Of a stretch of 64,000 bases of DNA, positions 27,195-37,018 are shown one piece after another. This stretch comes from a virus. The notes beneath the pieces were generated by a model. That model made no database searches. It had not been told where the DNA came from and saw only the letters and a list, made by a program, of their open reading frames with translations. Position 1 is the first letter of the stretch. Every line of letters starts with the position of its first letter. Location of the stretch: IMG/VR virus record IMGVR_UViG_3300019889_000007, positions 24,763 through 88,762 of that record, one strand, 5' to 3'. Position numbers and translations under genes: made by a program.

Positions 27195-28150
27195 GTTTTC
27201 TTCTCCTGCTTTGGGCAGCTGAACGCCGGGTGCGAGACGAATGCCTTGTACGCGGCCATCTTCTCAGGAAACGGGTCACCGGCGTCGTCGTATCCCAGCC
27301 GTAGACCAGGATCAGCGTGAGTGCCCGGTGAGTCGAACACCATCCACGCTTTTATCTGCGGAAACTTGTCAAAGTTCAGGACCTCGGTGGCCTGGTTGAC
27401 GTATGACACCGCCGTATTGGAATCCACTTTAGAGATTCCCCATTCGATGACTCCCAACGGTTTTCCGCTCATCTCGTACTTGTCGAGTTGGGCCAAGAAT
27501 CCGTTGATGTTCACCGTCAAGTACGGCCGGGCGTTCGAACCATAGGCGTTGAACATGATCCAGTCGACCAGGCCATCGCCGGGATACAGCTTGGGGATCA
27601 GATGATCCCACTTCGGATAGTTCATGTAGTCGATGAACCACACCACGTTGTCGACACCGAGGTTGTCAAACCGAGCGCGAACGTTGGCCCACATCCCCCG
27701 GTACTGCGCCGCCGTCCCACACGAACCGCTGCTCTGATGACTGACGTCAGGATCTTCACCGACATCGTTCTCCGCCTCGTGGTGCAGCGTCAAGAACACC
27801 TTCTTCGGTGCCAACTGCTTGATCTTCTGGGCTGCTGCGTCGATACGGGTGTTGATCTCGGCGACGTCACCACCGGCGTCGCGCCACAACCGCACCGGCT
27901 TCCAATTGTGCACCACAATGGAATCTTGCGTGGTGGCCCAATCGACCACGTGCGAATCGGAGAACGGCAGCTCCCGACGCGATGCGAACGCGTGCACCAT
28001 ATCGAGCCGACGACCAATCCGCTCCTGGTGGTACTCGTGCTGGGCCTTGAAGTCTTTACCGACCTGCGGATACCCGGCGGCACGAGCGCCCAACCAGGGA
28101 CGACAGGAGTTGACCAGGATTTCGTTGACGTCGCAGACATGCTCGACCAT
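27191..28150 (-). CDS. Glycoside hydrolase family 26-like protein
   Basis: LTLHHEAEND acid/base, YPGDGLVDWI, KPLGVIEWG nucleophile. Confidence 0.8.
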   Translation of the reverse strand: MVEHVCDVNEILVNSCRPWLGARAAGYPQVGKDFKAQHEYHQERIGRRLDMVHAFASRRELPFSDSHVVDWATTQDSIVVHNWKPVRLWRDAGGDVAEINTRIDAAAQKIKQLAPKKVFLTLHHEAENDVGEDPDVSHQSSGSCGTAAQYRGMWANVRARFDNLGVDNVVWFIDYMNYPKWDHLIPKLYPGDGLVDWIMFNAYGSNARPYLTVNINGFLAQLDKYEMSGKPLGVIEWGISKVDSNTAVSYVNQATEVLNFDKFPQIKAWMVFDSPGTHADPGLRLGYDDAGDPFPEKMAAYKAFVSHPAFSCPKQEKKT

Positions 28151-28159
28151 CAGGACACC

Positions 28160-28453
28160 CTACAGTTCGGGAGCCTTTTTCTCGGTGATCGGCTTCTGGT
28201 TTCTCCGGGCTTCAGTCTCAGCGATCGCCCTGATCAGCTCATCCAGCTTCTTGACGCTCTCGGGGTCATCGATCCGGACTTTCATCTCCAGATCTGCCGG
28301 GCCGGGCTTACACATGTCGTACACGCGATCGTTGAAATCCGAGAGCCTGTTACCGGTGAAATCCAGTGAGTTCCTTATGGACAACAAAATCAACATGACA
28401 CCGATCAAAGCGACACACACACCGACGAACCCAAGGCCGACAACGATTTCCAT
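28160..28453 (-). CDS. Single-TM membrane protein
   Basis: Hydrophobic N-terminus. Confidence 0.55.
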   Translation of the reverse strand: MEIVVGLGFVGVCVALIGVMLILLSIRNSLDFTGNRLSDFNDRVYDMCKPGPADLEMKVRIDDPESVKKLDELIRAIAETEARRNQKPITEKKAPEL

Positions 28454-28703
28454 GCCGTCAAACCTCTCATGAGCACAGGGCGAGGGGCCAGGCTGGTGTG
28501 GACCTGGCCCCTCGTTTGGGTGTGTGCAGGCAATACATTGACGATGACAGTCACGGGGATGGAACCGGAACCGCCAGAGCGCAGTCTATCGTCATCACCC
28601 GTTCGCGCACGGTAGTTGCGTAACAAAATGTCACACAACCGTGGCAAACTTGATAAACCCTAAAAACCGTTGGGGCGTCTCTGAGCCGGGACGCCTCAAC
28701 GAC

Positions 28704-28886
28704 CTAGCAGCCCAGCTCGGTACGAGCAGCCTGCTTCAGGGCCTCGAAATCGCCAGCGGTCAAGGTCATGACCTGCGAAGTGTGCTTGCTGTCCCGCACG
28801 CGCGGAACACCATCGAGAAACCCGATCTCGACACAGTTGTTTGAAGGCTGGCTGCTCCGGCTTGCTTTCTTCCATTCAGTGTTCAT
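28704..28886 (-). CDS. DUF397 (Scr2-like) protein
   Basis: WKKASRS....NCVEI.....VRDSK. Confidence 0.92.
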   Translation of the reverse strand: MNTEWKKASRSSQPSNNCVEIGFLDGVPRVRDSKHTSQVMTLTAGDFEALKQAARTELGC

Positions 28887-29748
28887 TCAGATACTCCTTG
28901 AGTGTTATGCAGTGTTCAGCAGTTCCATCGAACATTCGTTGGAATTGATCTGCTGCGATCGGATGAAGGCTGGCGTCAATATATCGAGCCGACCTGCCAC
29001 CTTCTTCGTACACTGTCGTCGGATCATCGGGGTTGTCAAACTCCAAGATAATGAACCGGCGTTGAATGCATGGATGCGCCCCGAGCCACGGGGGGATCAC
29101 CGATATTGTGACATTTGGGTGCTCAGATTTTTCGATCAAGTGGTCGATCTGTTCCTTCATGACCTCTGGTCCACCGACCAGGTTCTCCACAGACGCGAAA
29201 CTCATCAAGTAGTTGATGACCAGGCCATCATCGACCCGTTTCATTATCTTCTGAGTGCGTCCCATCCGAGATTCCACGAACGTCGTGATGTCGGGCCTTG
29301 GGAGGTTGTTGGCCAACATCGTGTTTCGGACGCTACGAAACACCGCCTCTGTGTAGGATTTTGTTTGAAAGTATCCTGAAATGAGGGATTCCGAGTGCTC
29401 ATGCATCGTTGATGCAATCTGTTCAAGTTCCAAAAGCGTGAACATCCCCTGTGTGAACGCCCCGTCGATGAGCCGTTCATACGATGGTTTGATACCCGTC
29501 TGGACCGCCTGATTCTTCAGTTCGTCGCGTAGTGTGCCCGAGCCGATTCCGTAGAGATCCAACAGTGCCGAGACAGTGCCGACTTTGACTTTGGCTTTGC
29601 CGATACCGTTTTCGATGGTGTTCAGCGTGGATGTGCAGCACACTCCGGACTCTGCGACATCTTCTTGTGTTTTGCCAGCTTCTTTGCGCAATCGCTGCAA
29701 CGTGCGTCCGAGCTGGCGCTTATGCATTCGTGGTTGTGGCGCGGTCAT
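28876..29748 (-). CDS. XRE HTH-DUF5753 (Scr1-like) regulator
   Basis: RQLGRTLQRLRKEAG HTH; LISGYFQTKSY; PNVTISVIP; paired with DUF397. Confidence 0.92.
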   Translation of the reverse strand: MTAPQPRMHKRQLGRTLQRLRKEAGKTQEDVAESGVCCTSTLNTIENGIGKAKVKVGTVSALLDLYGIGSGTLRDELKNQAVQTGIKPSYERLIDGAFTQGMFTLLELEQIASTMHEHSESLISGYFQTKSYTEAVFRSVRNTMLANNLPRPDITTFVESRMGRTQKIMKRVDDGLVINYLMSFASVENLVGGPEVMKEQIDHLIEKSEHPNVTISVIPPWLGAHPCIQRRFIILEFDNPDDPTTVYEEGGRSARYIDASLHPIAADQFQRMFDGTAEHCITLKEYLNEH

Positions 29749-29982
29749 GCATCCACCGTACCTCCAATTTTTACCTCCAGAAACTGGAGCTTGGCATTAC
29801 GGTTGCGTCACGTTTAGCTTTAAGGGTGGCACCGCCTGTCGTGACAGGGTGAAGAGACATCTCCTGTGTGAAGACACGACAGACGGTGAGTCGGATGACT
29901 GGGAGTTCTCCGGCTCTATGTACCGAGGTTGCTAAGAGGTGCCTGGTACTGGGGTTCTCCTCCATTTTCGAAAGGAGAGCGC

Positions 29983-30258
29983 ATGCCTGTTTCTGTTTCT
30001 GAGCGGTATGTGAATCGTGATCTTGCGACGATGGAGCGATTCCTCGCTCACGGTGTCGCCGCCGATGGTTTCTGCCGGATGCAGAGCTGCGGTGAACGGT
30101 GGCCGTGTTCCACGCATCGTCATGATGAGCAGTACATCGGCACCCACATCATCGATTTCGTACAACCGTACCAGAGTCCTAATCCGGTGAATGTCGAGTT
30201 CCGACACTCACCGGATCGCAGACCAACACCTTTTCGACGGGACTACCGGACCGGGTAG
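29983..30258 (+). CDS. Small Cys/His protein divergent from XRE-DUF5753
   Basis: GAAAGGAG SD; H....GFC...CGERWPC. Confidence 0.65.
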   Translation: MPVSVSERYVNRDLATMERFLAHGVAADGFCRMQSCGERWPCSTHRHDEQYIGTHIIDFVQPYQSPNPVNVEFRHSPDRRPTPFRRDYRTG

Positions 30259-30328
30259 CCCTTCTCACAAAGGCGCGGCACGACACCCAGTGGCCGTATC
30301 CGCACCGCTGTTTGAATTGAGATCACTC

Positions 30329-30847
30329 ATGAGTGTGACACTGGCGCCCATCAGGCGCAAGAGCCGAACGACCGATGCAACACACATCACGCTCGGCGCC
30401 GTACCTCTGTTCCATACCGTCACCGACAGCAACACCGACACCAACATCCAGTTCGGTGTCCCGCACCGCAACCAGATCGGATCGCGAAAGTCCGACCCGA
30501 TCGATCTGCTGTGGGACGCCGGAGCGACCTTCATCAAGGTCGGCATCCTCAACGAGGTCAAAGTGACCGCCACGCACGTGGAGGTCGAAGGCTATATCGA
30601 GCCGGGCTCGTTTTCACAGGTCGCTTTGGGGAGCCTGCGCAGTAACACACCGGTGTGGGCGTGCCCGAAGCTGACATGGGAGCCATCCGACATCACTAAG
30701 GTCTACGGCGCCGCCAGCATCATCTCCGGGTGGCGTTTCGACCGACAGATCATGCTGACCACCAACGAGCGACACCAGGCGTGGCCGTACCGGTTGACAC
30801 CGATCATGATGCAGGTCGGCGCCGGTGGCGCCCCACTGACTCAGTGA
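30329..30847 (+). CDS. Hypothetical protein
   Basis: High-GC3 ORF. Confidence 0.55.
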   Translation: MSVTLAPIRRKSRTTDATHITLGAVPLFHTVTDSNTDTNIQFGVPHRNQIGSRKSDPIDLLWDAGATFIKVGILNEVKVTATHVEVEGYIEPGSFSQVALGSLRSNTPVWACPKLTWEPSDITKVYGAASIISGWRFDRQIMLTTNERHQAWPYRLTPIMMQVGAGGAPLTQ

Positions 30848-30874
30848 CGGCACGGGGGGCATACTGATCGGGAC

Positions 30875-31252
30875 GTGCCACGAGTTCTGTCACAAGTCCC
30901 CATGGCGCGCAACTGGGGACCGCATGTATCGCATGCGGTCCCCGACAACGTTCTCTCCCCTTTTTTTCAGGAAGTACTTTTACCCCCCGTGAATACCCAC
31001 CCTCGTCCTGTCAACGCGTTCTCCTTCTGGGAACAGCGCCTCTGGTTGGCGCTCAACACCGATGACCCCAACCCCACGATCAGGCATCTGGTGCAACGCC
31101 TTGAAACCGTCGCTGTGGCCACCGGAACGCCGGTGCGGTGGCTCGTCCCCAGAACCGCCACATACCTGGCCACCGGTGAGTCGGACAGGCTGGTGGGATT
31201 CATGACCGGAAGGACACATGACCTCTGCCTCGCCGGGCATGGACCTGGCTAG
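30875..31252 (+). CDS. Hypothetical protein
   Basis: ORF in a plus-strand run. Confidence 0.5.
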   Translation: MPRVLSQVPMARNWGPHVSHAVPDNVLSPFFQEVLLPPVNTHPRPVNAFSFWEQRLWLALNTDDPNPTIRHLVQRLETVAVATGTPVRWLVPRTATYLATGESDRLVGFMTGRTHDLCLAGHGPG

Positions 31253-31475
31253 CCTGGGATGCGCCGCCCTGATGGGCGGCATCATAATTTTCCTGCTCCT
31301 GGTAGTGGCCGGGAAGCACTACGGCATCACCGCGCGGTTCAGCGTCGCGATGTCCCGGTTGTTCGGATGGCTGGCTGCCGTCGCGGTGCTGATCGTGGTG
31401 CTGCTGGCACTGGTTCAGGAAGTGACCGGCATACCAGTCCTGAACGACACGATGAGCAATTTGTCCGATAAGTAA
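31218..31475 (+). CDS. Small two-TM membrane protein
   Basis: GGAAGG SD; two hydrophobic helices. Confidence 0.6.
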   Translation: MTSASPGMDLASLGCAALMGGIIIFLLLVVAGKHYGITARFSVAMSRLFGWLAAVAVLIVVLLALVQEVTGIPVLNDTMSNLSDK

Positions 31476-31644
31476 AAATTGTGTCAAGTAAGCGACATAG
31501 ATCCCTTTGACCGCTACAGTTGGTTACACCTCGTTGCCAACCGTTTACACCACGGGGGGTAGCGATCTTCAAAGGGGATCAAGATGCGGCCGGACGGGGC
31601 CAAACAATAATCCGGCCGCATCGACACTTCATCGGACCGGGACT

Positions 31645-32046
31645 ATGACCAAAAAGATCATCGCCGTACTCGTAGCTATCGCGGCCGTCACCGCGTTGGT
31701 CGCGTCACCAGCCCAAGCCCACGCCACCGCCGAAGCCACATCAGCACTGTTCCTGGCCGTGCAAAGCCACGACCGTACCGACACCGCAACATTGACCTGC
31801 CAGCCACCAGGCGGTACGCATCCGCGAGCAGCGGCATCGTGCCGGGCCATCACCCAGGCGGGTGGCGACTTGACGCAGCTGTCGGGATTGCCCGACCAGG
31901 TATGCACCGACCAGTACGAACCGGTCACGGCCATGGCCGTCGGTTCCTGGAAGGGGCGACCGATCTTCTACCTTCGCACGTTCGGCAACGACTGCGAAAT
32001 GGACCGCGCTACCTTCCCGGTCTTCGCGCTTACCAGGGGCGTGTAA
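31645..32046 (+). CDS. Secreted SSI-family (Streptomyces subtilisin inhibitor-like) protease inhibitor
   Basis: Signal peptide ending AQA; ATLTCQPPGGTHPRAAASC...VCTDQYEPV...GSWKG...TFGNDCEM. Confidence 0.92.
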   Translation: MTKKIIAVLVAIAAVTALVASPAQAHATAEATSALFLAVQSHDRTDTATLTCQPPGGTHPRAAASCRAITQAGGDLTQLSGLPDQVCTDQYEPVTAMAVGSWKGRPIFYLRTFGNDCEMDRATFPVFALTRGV

Positions 32047-32183
32047 TGACCGAGCAGCAGCAACAGGGCAAAAAAGGAAACCAGTTTCTGGCAGTGTTCC
32101 TGTTGCTGCTGCTTTTCGCGGGACTAGCCGCCATCTGTGTCGGCGCTGCCGCCGCGCTAGCTGCCCTCGGCATAATCAGCTAG
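32046..32183 (+). CDS. Small hydrophobic peptide
   Basis: TAATG coupling; single TM. Confidence 0.55.
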   Translation: MTEQQQQGKKGNQFLAVFLLLLLFAGLAAICVGAAAALAALGIIS

Positions 32184-32531
32184 CCCCGCTTCAAGACCAA
32201 AATCCATGTCCATGTCGGAGTGATCAAGTAGGACGTACCCGACCTCGGCGCCGTCCGTTCGGACTATCACCTCAGTGCCGGTCGGACGAATCTCGATAGT
32301 CGTACGGCCATCATCTGCGTCAATACCAAGCTCAGCCATGACTCCTGTGGTATTGATTCCCAGGGCCAGCGGAACCCACCGCTCACGGCCGCAACCGTCA
32401 TCGATGCGGAAAATCCCCTCGCCGGTGACGGCGATCGCATCCCACTGACTGGCCATGGTCACCCCGGCGCGCGACAGCGCGGGGTGCACGTGTCCAGTCA
32501 GCTCAAGTACCGCCGGATAGGTGATCATCAC
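32157..32531 (-). CDS. Hypothetical protein
   Basis: GGAAGG SD before GTG/ATG. Confidence 0.5.
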   Translation of the reverse strand: MMITYPAVLELTGHVHPALSRAGVTMASQWDAIAVTGEGIFRIDDGCGRERWVPLALGINTTGVMAELGIDADDGRTTIEIRPTGTEVIVRTDGAEVGYVLLDHSDMDMDFGLEAGLADYAEGS

Positions 32532-32731
32532 TGGCGTGTCCTTCCGTATGCAGGGGCAAACATTTGTTCCAGCATGTCCGATTAGATACGGATATGCAAG
32601 CGGCAAAGTGCTGTTGCATGCGGATTCAGCCTAATGATCACCATTCTCTGACTTGCAAGCCATAAAAGGAGAAAAGCCATCTAACGGACAAAACAAACAA
32701 TTCACCCGTTCATCCCTATTTAAGGATTTAC

Positions 32732-33466
32732 ATGTACACACGACCAAAACCCTTCATCGTTGCTGGCTTCTCCAGCAAGGCCAACGTCGGTAAAACCAGC
32801 TGGATCATCATCATGGCCTGGTACCTCAGCGCCAAATACAACGTCCAGGTCCACGACGCCGACCCCGAACACGAGTCACTGACCCGGTGGCTCAACACCA
32901 TCAAAGAGCTGCCCGGAATGCCGCCCGTGCCATTCGAGTGGAAAAGCGCCATCGGCGAAAGCCAGATCGAACAGATCCCCGCGACAGCCGAGGCCGCCAA
33001 AGCGGACATCGTGTTCGTCGACATCGGTGGAGGTAGAAGCAAGCTGGCCACGGCCGCCGCTAAGTTCGCTGACCTGATGGTCGTGGTCACCGGCGAATCA
33101 GTCCTGGAAAGCATCACCGTCGACGACGCATTCGATGCCATCGCCCTCGGTGAGAAGAAGCGCACCGACAAGCTGGCCAAGGCGGTTCTGCTGACCAAGA
33201 CACCACCCAACGCCACCAACATTGTCCGGACGCTCCAGGACGACTACCTCGAAGCGCAGGAACTGGACAACGTTCCCGAGGAAGACCGCATCGGCGTGTT
33301 CGATTACCCGTTCCCCGGCCGCAAGGCATACATGCTCTTGGGAATGCGCCACCCCGTCGAGGTGGGTATCGACCTGTCCGACGGCACCGACATCAAAACC
33401 ATCGAGATCGCCAACATGGCCAGGGAGATCGAAGAAGCCATGGAAATGGAGACGCCCAGTGCGTAA
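32732..33466 (+). CDS. parA: ParA-family partition ATPase (type Ib-like)
   Basis: Deviant Walker A KANVGKTS, HDADP, IVFVDIGG, ADLMVV. Confidence 0.85.
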   Translation: MYTRPKPFIVAGFSSKANVGKTSWIIIMAWYLSAKYNVQVHDADPEHESLTRWLNTIKELPGMPPVPFEWKSAIGESQIEQIPATAEAAKADIVFVDIGGGRSKLATAAAKFADLMVVVTGESVLESITVDDAFDAIALGEKKRTDKLAKAVLLTKTPPNATNIVRTLQDDYLEAQELDNVPEEDRIGVFDYPFPGRKAYMLLGMRHPVEVGIDLSDGTDIKTIEIANMAREIEEAMEMETPSA

Positions 33467-34139
33467 GACGACGTCGGCGGCGGCGGCCAAGGACCGGGTC
33501 GCCCCACGCACCCGGAAACCCGCGCCACGAGATGAGGAGCAGGGCACGCCGGAAACCGGCTCAGCGGCCACGCTCGCGCCCGAACAGGCGCCCTCGCAGG
33601 AACGGCCCACCCCCAAGGGGGAACAGCCCGCACAGGACGGCACAGGGGCGCCTGCGTCCGCTGTTGCCGAAGAGCCCACCGAAGCAGGCCGGAACCCGGT
33701 CACCCGGCAGAACGCAGAGGCGGCTCCGCCCGTAGGTGAACGGGTGCCTGCGCCACAGGGCGAAGACGCGGCCACACAACTGAGCGCGTTCCTCAGCAGG
33801 ATCGAACCCGACCAGCTGGCTCAGCTGGTAGCCGCACAGACGGGCACGGCGCCGCGAACCAACACCGGCACCGATGTACCGGCGCCACCGGCTGCGTCTG
33901 CTCCTACGACCGCATCGGCGGTCATGGATAAGGCCACCCGAAACCGGCTGCGTCACCACGTGCGTTCGGCGGCGGGCAAGTTCGCCCAAGCCAAGGCGGA
34001 TATGGAGATGGCCCGGCAGGAGTGGACGCAGGAATGCGCCACTGCCCGGAACCAGGGATTCCCCTACCTGCTCATTCAGGCACAGGCGGTCGATGCTGGC
34101 CTGGAAGAGACCGACATCCCCGCTGACCCGGCAACCTAG
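33459..34139 (+). CDS. Putative partition partner (disordered N-terminus, helical C-terminus)
   Basis: GTG overlapping the parA stop, GGAG SD. Confidence 0.6.
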   Translation: MRKTTSAAAAKDRVAPRTRKPAPRDEEQGTPETGSAATLAPEQAPSQERPTPKGEQPAQDGTGAPASAVAEEPTEAGRNPVTRQNAEAAPPVGERVPAPQGEDAATQLSAFLSRIEPDQLAQLVAAQTGTAPRTNTGTDVPAPPAASAPTTASAVMDKATRNRLRHHVRSAAGKFAQAKADMEMARQEWTQECATARNQGFPYLLIQAQAVDAGLEETDIPADPAT

Positions 34140-34143
34140 AACC

Positions 34144-34245
34144 GTGGGTGCCCGTACCGGTAAGTCGGTACGGGCACCCACCGGGTCGCGCGCAGGTACG
34201 CGGGTAGGCGCGCAGGTAGGCGCGTACCCGCGCGCGCCCGCGCAT
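34144..34245. repeat. 16-bp perfect inverted repeat plus short GGTA(C/G)G repeats; candidate terminator or centromere
   Basis: GTGGGTGCCCGTACCG-N6-CGGTACGGGCACCCAC followed by GCAGGTACG/CGGGTAGG/GCAGGTAGG units. Confidence 0.6.
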
Positions 34246-34397
34246 AGAGAGGTACGAAACCGGGTGGGCCGTCGGTTATGATGGCCGTTCGAGGACTGGA
34301 TTCCAACGTCAGCCGTTGCTAGGCTCGGAACGTCTCTTCACCCACCGGCGACCGGTCACCTTCAGGACCGGGCGCCATCCACCCTCGTGAGGTTTTC

Positions 34398-34769
34398 ATG
34401 GATCTCTCCATAGACTTTTCGAACCGTAAACCGGATCGAATGGCACGCCAGGAACCACCATCCGAATCGACAATCGTGCCGCCCCCGGTACAAACTCGTC
34501 AGCCCGAGCCGACCAAGACCAGACCCAAACCCGGATCGGTCATGAACCGGTCAAGGCCGCAAGTACGCCAAGCACCCGTGCAGCATGAGCAGCGTGATCC
34601 GAATCCGATCGTCGATGAAATCGTTCGCCGGTTTCCCGCAGACTGCTACGCCTGGCTGCACCGGCAGTGCGTGACACAGAACGTGACTCAGGCCGAGTTG
34701 GTCGAGTCGATGGTGCGCCGGGCGATGGCCAAGACCACCCAGCGGTTACCTACGGCACGAAAGCGGTGA
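34398..34769 (+). CDS. Ribbon-helix-helix-like DNA-binding protein
   Basis: Disordered N-terminus; C-terminal IVRRFPADCYAWLHRQCVTQNVTQAELVESMVRR. Confidence 0.55.
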   Translation: MDLSIDFSNRKPDRMARQEPPSESTIVPPPVQTRQPEPTKTRPKPGSVMNRSRPQVRQAPVQHEQRDPNPIVDEIVRRFPADCYAWLHRQCVTQNVTQAELVESMVRRAMAKTTQRLPTARKR

Positions 34770-35151
34770 TCCCGAAGACGACCCAGAACACGTCGTACTG
34801 GGTCGTGGAGTTCGCGCGGTAGGTGTACAGATCGAACTGTGTAGCACTGGCATTGACTGCCGTCGATCCGGTGACGCTGTCTGGACGGGTTGTGCCCTCA
34901 CGCAAGAAGCAGGTGAATACCTCACCGATCATGGTGGGATAGGTGACGACGTAGTGCTTGACGGCTGTCTCGCCTGTCCCGCCGGTGGGGATCGCACGGG
35001 TTACACCGAACCTGACGCTGCGGATGGGTCCGGCGATCTGAGACAGGGTCGTGTCGATCTGCTGGACGTGCGCGAAGTTGGCCGGTCCGGATACTGGGTC
35101 GGCACCGGAGTTGACGAAATCCCAACCAAAGTTGGTGGTTTGACCAGCCAT
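34750..35151 (-). CDS. Minor tail / fibre-associated protein
   Basis: MAGQTTNFGW start typical of actinophage minor tail proteins; last gene of the tail cluster. Confidence 0.6.
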   Translation of the reverse strand: MAGQTTNFGWDFVNSGADPVSGPANFAHVQQIDTTLSQIAGPIRSVRFGVTRAIPTGGTGETAVKHYVVTYPTMIGEVFTCFLREGTTRPDSVTGSTAVNASATQFDLYTYRANSTTQYDVFWVVFGITAFVP

Positions 35152-36999
35152 TTAAAACTCCTGGATCTCGTTGAATTGGCCCAGCCCCTCGGCCAGTTCA
35201 GCCCACGTTGGTTTAGAGGTGGCCATCTCTTCCCAGTCGGCGTACAGCTGCGCGAGCTGGTCCCACACGACTGCCCCGGTTCCGGCGTCGATGAACCGGT
35301 TGTTGCGGTAGCCGTGAACGAATGGAGCACCGGTGGTGGCGTTCTGGTCTTCCCACAGGTGGAACACGTACGGTCCGCGCCATATGGTGTCGTTGACCGT
35401 GACTTCGCCGATGGTGCCGTTGGTGCGCCGCAATGTGATGGATGTGTCGTCGACGACGACTTCCAGTTCGATCCACTCGTTCGGTGTGACGGGGCCGGTC
35501 GCGGCGACGGCAAGTTCGGTGAAAGCACCAGTGGGTTCGTATCGGCCGATGACCAGTTGCCCGGTTGATCCTGTGCCGACTCGGATGAAGCATCCGTAGC
35601 CATGGCGGGTGGCTTTGGCTGGTGTCCCAATGACCTGTGATGGGTCGAGGTCGTTGTCGGAGCCGATGATCCAACCGAGTTTGGGTACGGTCCCGGCCGG
35701 GAGGGTCCCTTGGTCGACCTGGCATTCCATGCTGATGGTGTACGCGGTGGGGTTGGGGATCGGACAGAACTTGCCGAGTAGCTGGTTGTTGCTGTTCCGT
35801 GGGAGTCCACCGGTCCAACCGAAGCGCAGGTTGAAGAACCTTCCGGCTTCAGCGAGTTTGGGGTAGCCGCGTGCGGCGACCAGGGCCAGAGTGTCCGTGG
35901 GCTGGGTCAGCATCCCGGTTTCGGTCATCCGGGTTTGGAAGCTGAGAACGTCGGTCCGGTACTGCTGCCAGTCGGGGCCGAATGCGCCGCGATGATAGAC
36001 CGGGTCGGCCGAGATGAGTCCGCGTGCTCCCATGCCGAGGAGGGTTTGACCGGTGGTTTGCCGCGCGGTGTACCCGGACAGGACTTGCAACCCCGCGTCG
36101 ATGAACTCTTGGACGCGGGCCATGCCTTGGGCTTCGTTGATCTTGACCCACGTCGCGCCGGAGTCGAAGACGGCGGCCGGGGTGATGGTGGTGTTGTTGT
36201 TGACGTTGACGCACACCCATTGGATTCCGCGATCCAGGAATTCGGTGGCCGTTCCGAGCGACTGGGTGCCGATGGACGGCATGACCCAGTCTTGGGCCTG
36301 AATCGACAGGATGGCGTTGATGTTGGCCTGGACGTCGGCCATGCCTTCGGTGGTCTGTTGCAAGATGACGCAGGTCCGGGCCGCGATGGTCTTGAGAGCT
36401 TCAGCGGTGGTCATCAGCCGGTATGGCTGCTGGAGAAAGCCGTACCAGCCGCCGTCTGGTTCCAGTTGGGCTGCTGGGGCACCGGAACCACGCCCGGTTG
36501 GGTTACCACCGGGTGAACCACAGTCGGCGACAAGGTTGACCCATATGTCACTGGTGAGTTCACGGGCCGGTGTACTGGCTGGGTTGTTGGTAAAGGTGTC
36601 AACTGGTTGGGTCGCGGTGAAGGGTCCCCATGCGGCGACATCGTCTTGAAGTGAGAAAGAAAACGAGTCGATGAAGTCGAGGCGGTTGGCCACGGCGTAG
36701 TCGATGGCCTGCGGTGAGGCATAGGACTGGACGAGTCCGGCGCCGCCGTAGGTTCCGGCTTGCACGGGTGTGGGGAGCCCTGCAATGGTTTTGCCGCCTT
36801 CGCCGGGCGGTGTGTCGCCACATTCGGCGTAGAGGCCGTCGTCGGAGCCGAAGCGTATGCAGTTGCCGCCGTCGCGTGACAGGCGTACTTGGAGGCGGCC
36901 GTTGGTGAACATGAGTCCGGGGCCGAGGTTGAGCGCGACGCATCGGACGATCGCTTCGCACGTGGTTGAGCCCGCGCCTTGGCAGCCACACCGTGCCAT
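35152..36999 (-). CDS. Minor tail protein with degenerate GDPD TIM barrel and beta-sandwich
   Basis: MARCGC start; GDPD-like spacing (SFSLQDDV, MGARGLISADP); lectin-like C-terminal domain. Confidence 0.7.
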   Translation of the reverse strand: MARCGCQGAGSTTCEAIVRCVALNLGPGLMFTNGRLQVRLSRDGGNCIRFGSDDGLYAECGDTPPGEGGKTIAGLPTPVQAGTYGGAGLVQSYASPQAIDYAVANRLDFIDSFSFSLQDDVAAWGPFTATQPVDTFTNNPASTPARELTSDIWVNLVADCGSPGGNPTGRGSGAPAAQLEPDGGWYGFLQQPYRLMTTAEALKTIAARTCVILQQTTEGMADVQANINAILSIQAQDWVMPSIGTQSLGTATEFLDRGIQWVCVNVNNNTTITPAAVFDSGATWVKINEAQGMARVQEFIDAGLQVLSGYTARQTTGQTLLGMGARGLISADPVYHRGAFGPDWQQYRTDVLSFQTRMTETGMLTQPTDTLALVAARGYPKLAEAGRFFNLRFGWTGGLPRNSNNQLLGKFCPIPNPTAYTISMECQVDQGTLPAGTVPKLGWIIGSDNDLDPSQVIGTPAKATRHGYGCFIRVGTGSTGQLVIGRYEPTGAFTELAVAATGPVTPNEWIELEVVVDDTSITLRRTNGTIGEVTVNDTIWRGPYVFHLWEDQNATTGAPFVHGYRNNRFIDAGTGAVVWDQLAQLYADWEEMATSKPTWAELAEGLGQFNEIQEF

Positions 37000-37018
37000 G
37001 CGCGTCCCCCCAAATGCG

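Noticed and set aside
30329-30847. Second prohead-protease-like fold
   Set aside because: Only a vague pattern with no identifiable catalytic residues
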